Both the position numbers and the translations under genes were made by a program. The notes under the pieces are model-generated. The model was not told the origin of the DNA, did not search any database, and worked only from the letters and a program-made list of their open reading frames with translations. A DNA stretch of 64,000 nucleotides from Nemertoderma westbladi. Its lineage: Eukaryota > Animalia > Xenacoelomorpha. The stretch covers positions 1 to 64,000 of the forward strand of contig JAUCBJ010002448.1 in NCBI GenBank assembly GCA_032718475.1, read 5' to 3'. Each line of letters starts with the position of its first letter. The stretch's first letter is position 1. Below, piece by piece: positions 28,401 to 40,615 of the stretch.

Positions 28401-30369
28401 CTATATCAACGGCACCAGCAACCTCCTTGTAGTGCTCCAGTTCTATATTCTCGCCACCGGAACCCTCCTTGTAGTGCTCCAGTTCTATATCCCCGCCACC
28501 GGAACCCTCCTTGTAGTGCTCCAGTTCTATATCCCCGCCACCGGAACCCTCCTTGTAGTGCTCCAGTTCTATATCCCCGCCACCGGAACCCTCCTTGTAG
28601 TGCTCCAGTTCTATATCAACGGCACCGGCAACCTCCTTGTAGTGCTCCAGTTCTATATTCTCGCCACCGGAACCCTCCTTGTAGTGCTCCAGTTCTATAT
28701 CCCCGCCACCGGAACCCTCCTTGTAGTGCTCCAGTTCTATATCCCCGCCACCGGAACCCTCCTTGTAGTGCTCCAGTTCTATATCAACGGCACCGGCAAC
28801 CTCCTTGTAGTGCTCCAGTTCTATATTCTCGCCACCGGAACCCTCCTTGTAGTGCTCCAGTTCTATATCCCCGCCACCGGAACCCTCCTTGTAGTGCTCC
28901 AGTTCTATATCCACGGCACCGGCACCCTCCTTGTAGTGCTCCAGTTCTATATCCCCGCCACCGGAACCCTCCTTGTAGTGCTCCAGTTCTATATCAACGG
29001 CACCGGCAACCTCCTTGTAGTGCTCCAGTTCTATATTCTCGCCACCGGAACCCTCCTTGTAGTGCTCCAGTTCTATATCCACGGCACCGGCACCCTCCTT
29101 GTAGTGCTCCAGTTCTATATCCCCGCCACCGGAACCCTCCTTGTAGTGCTCCAGTTCTATATCCACGGCACCGGCACCCTCCTTGTAGTGCTCCAGTTCT
29201 ATATCCCCGCCACCGGAACCCTCCTTGTAGTGCTCCAGTTCTATATCCACGGCACCGGCACCCTCCTTGTAGTGCTCCAGTTCTATATCCCCGCCACCGG
29301 AACCCTCCTTGTAGTGCTCCAGTTCTATATCAACGGCACCGGCAACCTCCTTGTAGTGCTCCAGTTCTATATCCTCGCCACCGGCACCCTCCTTGTAGTG
29401 CTCCAGTTCTATATCCTCGCCACCAGCACCCTCCTTGTAGTGCTCCAGTTCTATATCCTCGCCACCAGCACCCTCCTTGTAGTGCTCCAGTTCTATATCC
29501 CTGCCACCGGAACCCTCCTTGTAGTGCTCCAGTTCTATATCCTCGCCACCAGCACCCTCCTTGTAGTGCTCCAGTTCTATATCTCCGCCACCGGAACCCT
29601 CCTTGTAGTGCTCCAGTTCTATATCCTCGCCACCAGCACCCTCCTTGTAGTGCTCCAGTTCTATATCCCCGCCACCGGAACCCTCCTTGTAGTGCTCCAG
29701 TTCTATATCCTCGCCACCAGCACCCTCCTTGTAGTGCTCCAGTTCTATATCCCCGCCACCGGAACCCTCCTTGTAGTGCTCCAGTTATATATCCACGGCA
29801 CCGGCAACCTCCTTGTAGTGCTCCAGTTCTATATCCTCGCCACCAGCACCATCCTTGTAGTGCTCCAGTTCTATATCCATGGCACCGGCAACCTCCTTGT
29901 AGTGCTCCAGTTCTATATCCCCGCCACCAGCACCCTCCTTGTAGTGCTCCAGTTCTATATCCACGGCACCGGCAACCTCCTTGTAGTGCTCCAGTTCTAT
30001 ATCCCCGCCACCAGCACCCTCCTTGTAGTGCTCCAGTTCTATATCCACGGCACCGGCAACCTCCTTGTAGTGCTCCAGTTCTATATCCCCATCTCCAGAA
30101 CCTTCCTTGTAGTGCTCCAGTTCTATATCCCTGTCACTGGCAACCTCATTATTGTACCCCAACTCAATATCATGCGACCCATCACATGAATGCAGCTCTT
30201 CTCTGATACCTTTCTCATTCAGCCGAGTCAAATCTGCGGCGAAATCCTTGTAGCCTCCTTTACATCGCCTTCTAAGAGGGTAAACTTTCCGTGCGACATA
30301 TGGTTGAAAAGTCGACTTCTCCAAAGCCAATTGTACAAGTCGCTTGCCACGATTACTATTATTATTCAT
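25420..30369 (-). CDS. Crypton (CryptonV-like) tyrosine recombinase with N-terminal 14-aa repeat array; one premature TAA at 29785-29787
   Basis: IIFNSKRASE (R), GKQGRPVPILI (K), STILRKYCAT (R) and LGHSPMIHQQVYRL (H, Y) form the YR catalytic set. CPFC...H...C zinc motif. ORFs 29785-30369 and 25363-29250 are in the same frame. Confidence 0.8.
27383..30165 (-). repeat. Coding minisatellite, 42-bp unit (~66 copies) encoding DIELEHYKEG(S/A)G(G/A)(G/V/E)
   Basis: Constant core CTCCTTGTAGTGCTCCAGTTCTATAT plus a few variant linkers. Confidence 0.97.
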
Positions 30370-31187
30370 TAAATTATATTGTATATGAAATTATTACTTC
30401 AAATTAATTGTTCTCTAGCCAAATCTATCAAATTTATCGAATCTATCAAACTGGTATACATAATAATATAGATGATACAACTTACTATCCAAGCTAGAAA
30501 CAACACTAAGGTAAAAAAAAAGAAAAAAAGTAAAAAAAAGAACTATATAGTACACATATTTTAGTATTTATTTGATGTTTATAAATTTCCAAATGGTGGT
30601 AAAGCGCAAATTGGGGGTTGGGGAAGGTGTTATTCGCTGAGTCTCATTTGTGCTTATTTGGGACTGACGTTTATTCGAGACAGGGTGCTTTTTCGAATAA
30701 ATGGCAAACTTTTATAAGAGCCATCCTGATATTTGGTTTCTTATCAGCTGTAATTAATCCCAGCATTTTTTTTTACATGAAGACACACCCGCAGTCGGGG
30801 TAAATATTTGTCGGGGGGAATTAATCCCAGCATTAACTCCTATGTAGGAGCTCTGGTTCAACTGCTGCCCTAAGTAATCGACCTTTGGGATTCCGTTTTA
30901 TTATTTTGGGACTCCAAATCCTGGACAGACTATTTAACGTATCCTACTAATTGCCCCCCCCCCCCCCCCCCGCCCCCCTGGCCAGCCAAAACAGCCAGAC
31001 ATGCACCTTAGACATGCATCCCCGACATGCATGACTCACGTTGGTTAAATTATATATTTTTTTTTAATTGTGATTAAATCACAAATATTGAAAAGTAAGA
31101 TTGGTTTAAAGAATTGCCTATAAAATTTTTATTCTTTTGTATTGGACCCTAAATGTGTGTGTGTGGGGGTGTGTGTGTGTGTGTGTG

Positions 31188-31443
31188 TGCACTTAGGCCA
31201 CAACAACCCCGAATTCCCTTTCCAAATTGGCGGCCACACTCTAGCAGTCACAGATTGTGAAAAGAACCTTGGAGTCACATTCCAGAATAATCTCTCCTTC
31301 CGCGTTCATATAGTCACAATAGTTTAGAAAGGGAACCGTATTCTTGGTCTAATCCATTGCAGTTTCAAACATACGTCGTAATGCTAGTAGTCCTATACCA
31401 AACGATGGTAAGACCGATTGGAGTATGATTCCACTATTTGGGG
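31188..31443 (+). mobile_element. CR1-type LINE RT C-terminal fragment
   Basis: HLGHNNP...EKNLGVTFQNNLSFRVHI...GNRILGLI...LYQTMVRP..EY.STIW, with stops and frameshifts. Confidence 0.75.
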
Positions 31444-32081
31444 CGCAGTGGCGGTACGGCTAATGTCGCGTTAGGGAAAGTCGCGTTACAGCTAATTTTC
31501 AGAGTAGCCATAACGCGACATTAAAAGTCGCAGTACGGCTACTCAAAAAGTCGCATTACAGTACGGCTAATTGTCGCGTTACAGCTAATCTATTGTCTTT
31601 GTTTTACATAGGGAATCATACATAGGGAACGCTTGACTTCGGACCAAATATAATAAAATAACTCCAGTAAGTAGAATACAGCAACACAAATATTATAAAG
31701 AAACGTACAGTAGGGTAGGTAGGTTATACGGATAGGTATTTTATTGAATTAACTAATAATAAATATCGTGGGTTCAATGAGTAACAATAATAATAATAAT
31801 AACTAGTAATAATAGTAACAATAATTCGCAATTCGAATCGTATAGAAAAACAGTAGGGCCTATAACTTTCGGATCGAAAATATACATACCTGCACTTCTG
31901 GCCGTTCTCATCAAACCACTCCGACAATCACACCAGTTCCAATGATGGATTATTTCACTATAAAGTAGCATTTTGTAGTTTAACGTAAAAACTTTCTAAA
32001 ATCCGACGCATTTTTGATTAAATTACAGTAATGTAATATGCCTATTCATATTGGTACACATAAAACCCGTTGGTAATCTAA

Positions 32082-32153
32082 TGGCGCAGTGGTCAGATGG
32101 TTAAGGCGTTGGTTACATTACAGATAGGTTACGAGTTCGAATCCCAGTCGGGA
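32082..32153 (+). pseudogene. tRNA-like sequence (tRNA pseudogene or SINE head)
   Basis: A-box-like TGGTCAGATGGTTAAGG and B-box GTTCGAATC at tRNA spacing. The acceptor and anticodon stems pair poorly. Confidence 0.55.
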
Positions 32154-32774
32154 AATTTGCATTTTTGGGCAATTTATTTTCATTTGATCTAATTTGATAA
32201 ACCAATGAGGTGCGTACAACACATGGAACGATAAGTTGGGCCAATCATAGGGCATGGAATATCTTATTGCTCCAATGTGAGGCCATGGAATGCTCTGGAA
32301 GGTTCTAGCGGATTCTATGTCCCAGATTTACTATATAAGGGCCGGTTTGCCTTTGGTTATCACTTACTCACTATTGTTAACTCTTACATTATCTCTTTGT
32401 ATCAAACACTTCGTGTTTCGTGTTGGAACTTATGTAAATCTGTTTGATAAATCTTTGTAAACTGTACATATACTGTAAACTTTTGAACATATATATTTCC
32501 AATTGTCCACCGTTGAGACAGCCAAGCATTGGGAGGATGGCTGCCTAGACCGTTAGGCCGTCAGCAACGCAGGGAAGATGTCCACAACACGCTAGCGCCC
32601 ACATTAGATTTGACGGCGCACCCTCTTCACCCCTTCGAAATACTCCACCTTGCCATGCAGCGCCCGATTTCCGAGGAAGGTAAGACTTTGTTTGACGCCC
32701 TTGCCCGACGTAAGACTTATAGATCAGGGTAAGCGTGACGCCATCCTGGGACGCCGCAAAATTTAGAATTAAGA

Positions 32775-33678
32775 AGTGGGCGTGGCACTTCAAATTTTTG
32801 AAAATTAGATATTCAGAAAATGCCCATAATTTTTTATTTCAACGCATCTTTATAGGTTTTCTGGGCCGCTGAATCGATTGAAAGTAATATAGAAGCCTGA
32901 AGACTTCGTGGTTCGCCATTTTTGGTGCACCAAAATTAGGGCGTGGCACTTGAAATTTTGAAAAATACGAGATTCGGAAAATAAAACAAAATTGAAATTT
33001 TAACGCATTTATATAGGTTTTCTAGACCGTTGAATCGATTGAAAGTAATATAGAAGCCTAAAGACTTAGAGGTTAGCCATTTTTGATGTACCAACATTAG
33101 GGCGTGGCACTTCAAATTTTGAAAAATGAAATGAAAAATTTTGGTGCACCAAAAATGGCGAACCACTAAGTCTAAGTCTAACTCTAAGTCTTCAGGCTTC
33201 TATATTACTTTTAATCGATTCAGCGCTCCAGAAAACCAATAAAATGCTTCGAAATCAAAGCTTTAGTAAATTTTCCGAATAAAGTAATATTGAAATTTTA
33301 AAGTGCCACGCCCTAATTTTGGTGCTCCAAAAATTACGTACCACTACACTTACATACTTGTATAGAGCATTAGAGTGATCCAAACCAATAAAAATAAATA
33401 CAAATAGCCCAAACATAAATAATTACTAAATCGCGAATGACTCTGTAAAATTCGAAAATTTAAAAAAATTTGGTGCTGGAGACCAAATTTTGAGGTGGCA
33501 CCCACATCGAAAAGTAGAAATCCAATTGCCAAGTCGTTTTTTTGCAAAAGATGCAGCATTAAATTTGGCTCATTCTCAATAAAAATTGGGCCGGTGCGTA
33601 ATGTGGTTGCATAGTTACAGCAACTAAAAACTAGGAATGGGCCAATTCGCCTCCCCCCCCCCAGTGGTAATAGGGTTA
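32775..33678. mobile_element. Non-autonomous DNA transposon remnant with a piggyBac-like AGGG|TTAA end
   Basis: Direct and inverted copies of GGGCGTGGCACTT and TTTTGGTGCACCAAAA. The terminus reads ...TAATAGGGTTAA. Confidence 0.45.
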
Positions 33679-33808
33679 ATATAACTGAGACAACTATAAT
33701 AATATGACTAAACAGTTACACTAGACATAAAACCCAATGATACACTTTATTATAAATAAATATATTTCCATCACCTAACAACACAAGTAGTACTCATGCG
33801 AACATAGA

Positions 33809-33991
33809 TTATTGTAAATAGAATCTATTGTTGCAAAGGTCTTCAAAGCAGTCAGTGACGGTGCAAGCGTTTCGTTGTTGACAAACAACGGCTTTTGCCT
33901 CATAGAAATCTATAGAACCAGGGAGAGGTAGTAGGTGATTCAAAGAAGGTCGGCGGCAAAAGGGAAATGCTTCATCTCCTACGTTCAAAGT
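33809..33991 (-). CDS. Exon 2 of a secreted Ly6/uPAR (three-finger)-like protein
   Basis: Acceptor TTATTTCAG|. Encodes TLNVGDEAFPFCRRP...VVCQQRNACTVTDCFEDLCNNRFYLQ*. C..DLCN is the LU-domain C-terminal signature. AATAAA at 33751-33746. Confidence 0.7.
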   Translation of the reverse strand, partial: TLNVGDEAFPFCRRPSLNHLLPLPGSIDFYEAKAVVCQQRNACTVTDCFEDLCNNRFYLQ

Positions 33992-34598
33992 CTGAAATAA
34001 TAATAATACATTACCATTAGTGTAGCTATAGAAAAAAATTGCATGTATCAGAAATCAGTTGACGATAGTAGGATGAAGGTTGGGTGCAACCTTCGCCCGC
34101 GTCCAACCTTTGCCCGGGGAAAGCTTCGCCCACAAGGCAATCATCGCCCACGAGTAACCTTTGCCCAATAAGATTAGTGTTTGTAACCAATTTAGTTGCC
34201 AATTCATGGAAAGGTAACAGGTTACAGAGACGGGTTTTTCTAACCAAAACAATAAACGATGTTGTTACCAATTGAGGGAAAGGAGCAGGTTACAGAGCTT
34301 TTTTCTAACCAAAACAACTTTTTTTAGTGTACAAGTTTGACTGCGGGCGAAGGTTTGCCCCGGGTGAAAGTTGCTTATTGTGAGGGCGAATATTGCTCCG
34401 GGCGAAAATTGGATGCGGGCGATGCCTTTTCGCGGGCGAAATTTACTGTGTACCCAGCTGAATAGTAGGTTTCGCACACCACAGGGTCCTTTATCAAGTG
34501 CAGGACCCGGAAAATGACAATATATTTAAGTCCAAAAGGGACCCTAACCAATACCACTATATTCCTATACAGTACAGACATGCACTTTGTGCTCTTAC

Positions 34599-34724
34599 CA
34601 CGCAAGCTACACAAAATCCCGCTTCTTTAGTAAAGTAAATTCCTTCGGGACTGCGCGCTAGGTAGTTGCACCTCAAACTGTATCCAACTACAACAGCTGT
34701 TGCAAATACCAACAATTTCAACAT
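34599..34724 (-). CDS. Exon 1 of a secreted Ly6/uPAR (three-finger)-like protein
   Basis: MLKLLVFATAVVVGYS signal-like peptide, then LRCNY...FCVACV. Donor GTG|GTAAGA is phase 0, matching exon 2. Confidence 0.7.
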
Positions 34725-34773
34725 TTTCACAGAAACGTTACTTGTAGCCAAACAATATTTAAAATCAATGTGC

Positions 34774-34781
34774 TTTATATA
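34774..34781 (-). promoter_or_regulatory. TATA box of the three-finger-like gene
   Basis: TATATAAA on the minus strand, ~50 nt upstream of the ATG at 34724. Confidence 0.5.
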
Positions 34782-35007
34782 AACATAAGATCGGATCGAA
34801 TAAGTCGAATATTCAAAATTCTGAAAAAATTTTGAAAATCAAAAAAAATTTAAATATATCCTATCTGAATCTTTCCCACAATTTCGCACAAGAATATTTT
34901 ATACCCTATACGCACTGAGAGCAATATGTTGTGTAATTTCTTTCTTAATATCTCTCGTAATATCTTTGAGATTCAATATTAGATATAATTTTATTGCTGC
35001 AAAAAAC

Positions 35008-37150
35008 CGACAAATCTCTCCGACAGTGTGCCGAAATCTTTATGACACTTCTGAATGACACTGTGCCAAAATCTCTCCGACACAGTGCGGAAATCTCTCC
35101 GACACTGTGCCGAAATCTATCCGACACTGTGCCGAAACCTCTCCGACACTGTGCCGAAATCTCTCCGACACTGTGACAAAATCTCTCTGAAACAGTGCCG
35201 AAATCTCTCTGACATTGTGCCAAAATCTATCCGACACAGTGCCGAAATCTCTCCAACACAGTGCCGAAATCTCTCCGACACTGTGCCGAAATCTCAACGA
35301 CACTGTGCCGAAATCTCTCTGACACTGTGCCGAAATCTCAACGACACTGTGCCGAAATCTCTCCGACACTGTTCCGAAATCTCTCTGACACTGTGCCGAA
35401 ATTTTTCCGACATTGTGCCGAAATCTCTCTGACACTGTGCCAAAATATCTCCGACACTGTGCCGAAATCTCTCCGACACTGTGACGAAATCTCTCCGACA
35501 CTGTGCCGAAATCTCAACGACATTGTGCCGAAATCTCTCTGACACTGTGCCGAAATCTCTCTGAGACTGTGCCGAGATCTTTCCGACACTGTGCCGAAAT
35601 CTCTCCGACACTGTGCCGAAATCTCTCCGACACTGTGCCGAAATCTCTACGACACTGTGCCGAAATCTCTCCGACACTGTGCCGAAATCTCTCTGATACT
35701 GTGCCGAAATCTCAACGACACTGTGCCGAAATCTCTCTGACACTGTGCCGAAATCTCAACGACACTGTGCCGAAATCTCTCCGACACTGTTCCGAAATCT
35801 CTCTGACACTGTGCCGAAATCTTTCCGACATTGTGCCGAAATCTCTCTGACACTGTGCCAAAATATCTCCGACACTGTGCCGAAATCTCTCCGACACTGT
35901 GACGAAATCTCTCCGACACTGTGCCGAAATCTCAACGACATTGTGCCGAAATCTCTCTGACACTGTGCCGAAATCTCTCTGAGACTGTGCCGAGATCTTT
36001 CCGACACTGTGCCGAAATCTCTCCGACACTGTGCCGAAATCTCTCCGACACTGTGCCGAAATCTCTACGACACTGTGCCGAAATCTCTCCGACACTGTGC
36101 CGAAATCTCTCCGACACTGTGACGAAATCTCTCCGACACTGTGCCGAAATCTCAACGACATTGTGCCGTAATCTCTCTGACACTGTGCCGAAATCTCTCT
36201 GAGACTGTGCCGAGATCTTTCCGACACTGTGCCGAAATCTCTCCGACACTGTGCCGAAATCTTTCCGACATTGTGCCGAAATCTCTCTGACACTGTGCCA
36301 AAATATCTCCGACACTGTGCCGAAATCTCTCTGAGACTGTGCCGAGATCTTTCCGACACTGTGCCGAAATCTCTCCGACACTGTGCCGAAATCTCTCCGA
36401 CACTGTGCCGAAATCTCTACGACACTGTGCCGAAATCTCTCCGACACTGTGCCGAAATCTCTCTGACACTGTGCCGAAATCTCTCCGACAATGTGCCAAA
36501 ATCTCTCCAACGCTGTGCCAAAATTCCTCCGACACTGTGCCGAAATTTTTCCGACACTGCGCCGAAATCTCTCCGACACTGTGCCGAAATCTCTCCGACT
36601 GTGCCGAAATCTCTACGACACTGTGCCGAAATCTCTCCGACACTGTGCCGAAATCTCTCTGACACTTTGCAGAAATCTCTCCGACAATGTGCCAAAATCT
36701 CTCCAACGCTGTGCCAAAATTCCTCCGACACTGTGCCGAAATCTATCCGACACTGTGCCGAAATCTTTCCGACTCTGTGCCGAAATCTCTCCAACAATGT
36801 GCAGAAATCTCTCCGACACGGTGCCGATATCTCTCCAACACTGTGCCGAAACTTCTCCGACACTGTGTCGAAATCTCTCCGATACTGTGCCGAAATCTCT
36901 CAGACAATGTGCCGAAATCTCTCCGACATTGTGCCAAAATTTCACCGGCACTGTGCCGAAATCTCTCCGACACTGTGCCAAAATCTCTCCAACACTGTGC
37001 CGAAATCCCTCCGACACTGTGCCGAAATCTTTCCGACTCTGTGCCGAAATCTCTCCGACAATGTGCAGAAATCTCTCCAACACTGTGCCGATATCTCTCC
37101 AACACTGTGCCGAAACTTCTCCGACACTGTTGAAATCTCTCCGACGCTGT
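35008..37150. repeat. 22-bp minisatellite (CACTGTGCCGAAATCTCTCCGA), ~95 copies
   Basis: Direct periodicity. All overlapping ORFs are repeat artefacts. Confidence 0.97.
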
Positions 37151-37163
37151 GCCTGATATGCCT

Positions 37164-38597
37164 TATATGTGGCTGGTTGCGAGAAAAGGGACCTGGGGAC
37201 CACATGGTCGATTTTGCGTTTTTAGGCCTATTAGATACAGAATTTTCTGGGCTTTCCGAATATCGAACTGGTTTTTTCATATCGTTTTTCGTTAAAAAGT
37301 TATGAGAGTTTAAACAAAAAATTAAAAACGCAGGTCCCTTTTCTCGCAACCAATGTTAATTTTTTGATGTGGTCCCGTTCTGGCATCCATCTCAGGTATT
37401 TTTTGTGCTAAAATTTTCAAATGTTTTTATAATTCAATAATATTAATTTTTTGCGCTATATGTAGCGGTTTTTTTAGACACTGATCACAAATATTGAACT
37501 CAAATATAACATTCTAGAAAATTTTTGGTAATTTTGAATGTGCCCTTTGGGGCACGAAAAAAAATCGTAGTGCAAATATGATAATGAAAAATCACCACAA
37601 AATTAAATTGATTTTATGAACATATGGTTTTTTTGGAATGCTGATCACGAATTAAAACAATTTTTTCGATATGTCATTGTGTGAATGTGCGGCACGAAAA
37701 ATACAAGTAGCAAAAGTTTGATAACCAAAAATCATTACCACATCAACCTGAATTTTAGACATTATGGGTTTTCTGGGACACTGATCACGAATATGACACT
37801 CAAAAATATCGTATTATCCAACCAAACTCGCTTTTTGCAATTTGAAATGTTTGCTACTTGTAATTTTCGTCCCAACAGAAAAGCACCAAAATTGACAGTT
37901 GCATTACCACGAATGATTTGTAACGTGTTATATCGTGATCAGCTACCTTGAAAACCAGTATAGCTTCAGAATTACCAAATCATAGGCATAATTTGACAGT
38001 TTATAAGTTTGTGCTATTTGTAATTTTCGTTCTGGGGCACTAGAATAGCACCAAAATTGGGTTTGCCTTACCAGAAATATTTATAACTAGTAATCAATTA
38101 CTCGTAATCAGCGACCTCGAAAACACATACGTTCAGAATTATCAAACCAAACACAAATTTTTTTATGTTGACATTTTTTTACTTGTACTTTTCATACTGG
38201 GGGACCAAAATAGCACAAAAAATGATGGTTGCTTTTCCAAAAAATATTTTTAACAAGTTTTATCATGATCAGCGACCTGAAAACCCTATTATTTAATAGG
38301 TTCAGCCACTCTGCTTCAGTTTCCATAATAAATTCTAATTTATTCGTGTATTAACTTGTTTGTACAATAACTAACCGAATAGGCTATATATATTCTACGA
38401 TAATCTAAAAAAACAAGTGTATACGGTGCTTACTACTATTACTAGTATAATACAGTTTGAATTTCGCTCTAATAAAACCCAATAACGACCAATAAACCAA
38501 TGAAAACAGTCGATTTTAAGAGCCAAACTTTAAACGCGTTTTTCTCAGAATAAACATTTTTTCCCCAGGTCCCTTTTCTCGCAACCAGCCACATATA
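37164..38597. mobile_element. Non-autonomous TIR DNA transposon flanked by TATA/ATAT
   Basis: TATATGTGGCTGGTTGCGAGAAAAGGGACCTGGGGA is the reverse complement of TCCCCAGGTCCCTTTTCTCGCAACCAGCCACATATA. There is an internal partial TIR copy near 37331. Confidence 0.85.
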
Positions 38598-38674
38598 CAT
38601 TTTTTCATAAAGGCAATCAAATATGTCAATTATTTAAAAAACAATAATAGGACAACTGTTCTTTACCAACTGTT

Positions 38675-39497
38675 CTTTGCTGATGACTTAGGAGTACTCT
38701 CAGAATCATTAGAGGGAGCCCAACGGCTCCTCAGCTCATTAGAACATGCTGCTTCTAGTGTTGGTCTTTTTATTAACTCCAGAAAGACCAAAATTCTGAC
38801 AGTTAACTTTGAAAGTCCTCAGCAAGTCTCTGATCGGATGAGCATAAGCTCAAAGGATGGTATGCTTGAGCATGTAGACGACTTCTGTTACCTGGGATCA
38901 TGGATCCGGAAGTCAGGTGAGGACCTTCGAATACGTAAGGGAAAGGCATGGGCAGCCTTAAATAGGCTTTCCAGGATTTGGAAGTCACCGAGAATTAATC
39001 GAAAACTTAAGGTCCGATTATTTAGAGCAGCAGTAGTTCCAGTACTCCTCTACGGGAGTCCATGCTGGGCTCTAACTGCTGAGGACACCAAATCTCTGGA
39101 TGGCACATTCACAAGAATGCTACGCCGGGTTCATTGTGTCAAGTACAATGCACACATCTCCAACCAGACACTATATAACATTGGAGGTGTCTCATTGGTT
39201 CCTCCAAGCTTGACACTAGAACAAAATCGCCTCCGCTTTGCAGGACATTGCTTTCGCCGTGAGGACCAGCCAGTGCATAATCTTGTACTTTGGCAGCCTC
39301 ATGGAGTGAATAAGCATGGTGGACAGCCCATGACTTTCTTGAGACGCATCTTAAAGGACACTGGCCTTAAAGATGCGGATGATCTAGCAAATGTCATGGG
39401 TGATAGGGAGTTGTGGCGGTGCAATTTTGTTGACAAGCCGGCACAGCATTCTTAAAAATGCAGCTGCAATGCAGCATGCCGATCCTAGTAGTAGTAG
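38675..39497 (+). mobile_element. 5'-truncated second copy of the RTE-type LINE
   Basis: Near-identical to ~21852-22675. Starts at FADDL and ends in a (TAG)n tail. Confidence 0.92.
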
Positions 39498-40427
39498 TTA
39501 TATATAAAATAATAATAACAATTTAATATAACTAATACACTTACATTATGGAATTATATCTCAAATAGTTCCGAAAATTTTGAAATATTTAGTTTAAAAT
39601 TATTAGTACTTTATTTTCTACAGCAGCAGTGATAAAGAGGAACATCGACGAAATGTGATGAAGACCACCCACATCTTTATTAGATTACCATTGACCGCCG
39701 CCCCCGCCAATGGGTAAGATCGCGTTTCGAGACACTCGCTACTCGTAGACTGTTTTTGCCTCACCGGTTAGGGAACCATTGGTTCTCGCTAACTTAATGG
39801 CTCCACATTGTCCATCATTTTCCTGTAATATTAAATAAATTATATATAGCTATTGATGAAAGAGTAATACATTTATTTACTAAATCAATAATAATTATTA
39901 AGTTTTGATATTTATTAAAATTTTACTGTTTTTACTGTTTTTTTTTACACTTACATTGTTACTATACACCATGCCTCCTAATAAAATGCCTCCTAATAAT
40001 ATATATTAAATGTTGATAAGAAGTTATTGTTTTTCAGTGGTTAAACTATTGATTGAGTGTTATCATCTCAAATATTATTTTACATTCTACTACAAAAAGT
40101 GGGCCTGGCAGAAAATTTTAAAACATCCACCACATTATAATATTACAAGAAATCTGATATGAGTTGGGGGATAACTGATAGACGCTGGGGACAACTGATA
40201 GGAACTGGGGACAATTGATATGAGCTGATACAGCCCCGTAGCCAGGATTTTAAAAAGGCGGTTCGTTTTTTTCCAAAAAATGGCACTTATTTAATTTGTT
40301 TTATTATTATTTTATTGTTTTATACAAATTATTTAATTTGTGGGGGGGGGGGGGGGGGGGGGGGGATTGGTTGACCTGAAGCCCGATACCAAATGTAGGG
40401 GTCGGGGAAATGTAGGGGTATGTAATT

Positions 40428-40615
40428 GCCGACTGTCGGCACAACGTAACACTGATACTGTCGGCACAACGTAACACCGACACTGTCGGCATAATGTAAC
40501 ACCGACACTGTCGGCACAACGTAACACCGACACTGTCGGCATAACGTAACGCCGACACTCAACACATTATCTGCACACTGTCGGCACAACGTTATGCCGA
40601 CACTGTCGGCACATC
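40428..40615. repeat. 25-bp tandem repeat containing the palindrome CCGACACTGTCGG
   Basis: ACTGTCGGCACAACGTAACACCGAC, ~7 copies. Confidence 0.9.

Noticed and set aside
27383-30165. CRISPR-like array (constant core plus variable segment)
   Set aside because: The variable parts are a few recurring ~15-nt alleles rather than unique spacers. The unit is an in-frame coding minisatellite, there are no cas genes, and the context is eukaryotic.
27372-30206. Plus-strand 944-aa and 921-aa ORFs
   Set aside because: These are antisense shadows of a stop-free 42-bp repeat. Only the minus frame continues into a real domain.
32082-32153. Functional tRNA gene
   Set aside because: The acceptor and anticodon stems do not pair properly. 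Kept only as tRNA-derived.
34455-34556. Middle exon of the three-finger-like gene
   Set aside because: The candidate acceptors give in-frame stops, whereas exon 1 splices cleanly to exon 2.
34945-37349. Many Cys/Arg-rich overlapping ORFs
   Set aside because: Artefacts of the 22-bp minisatellite.
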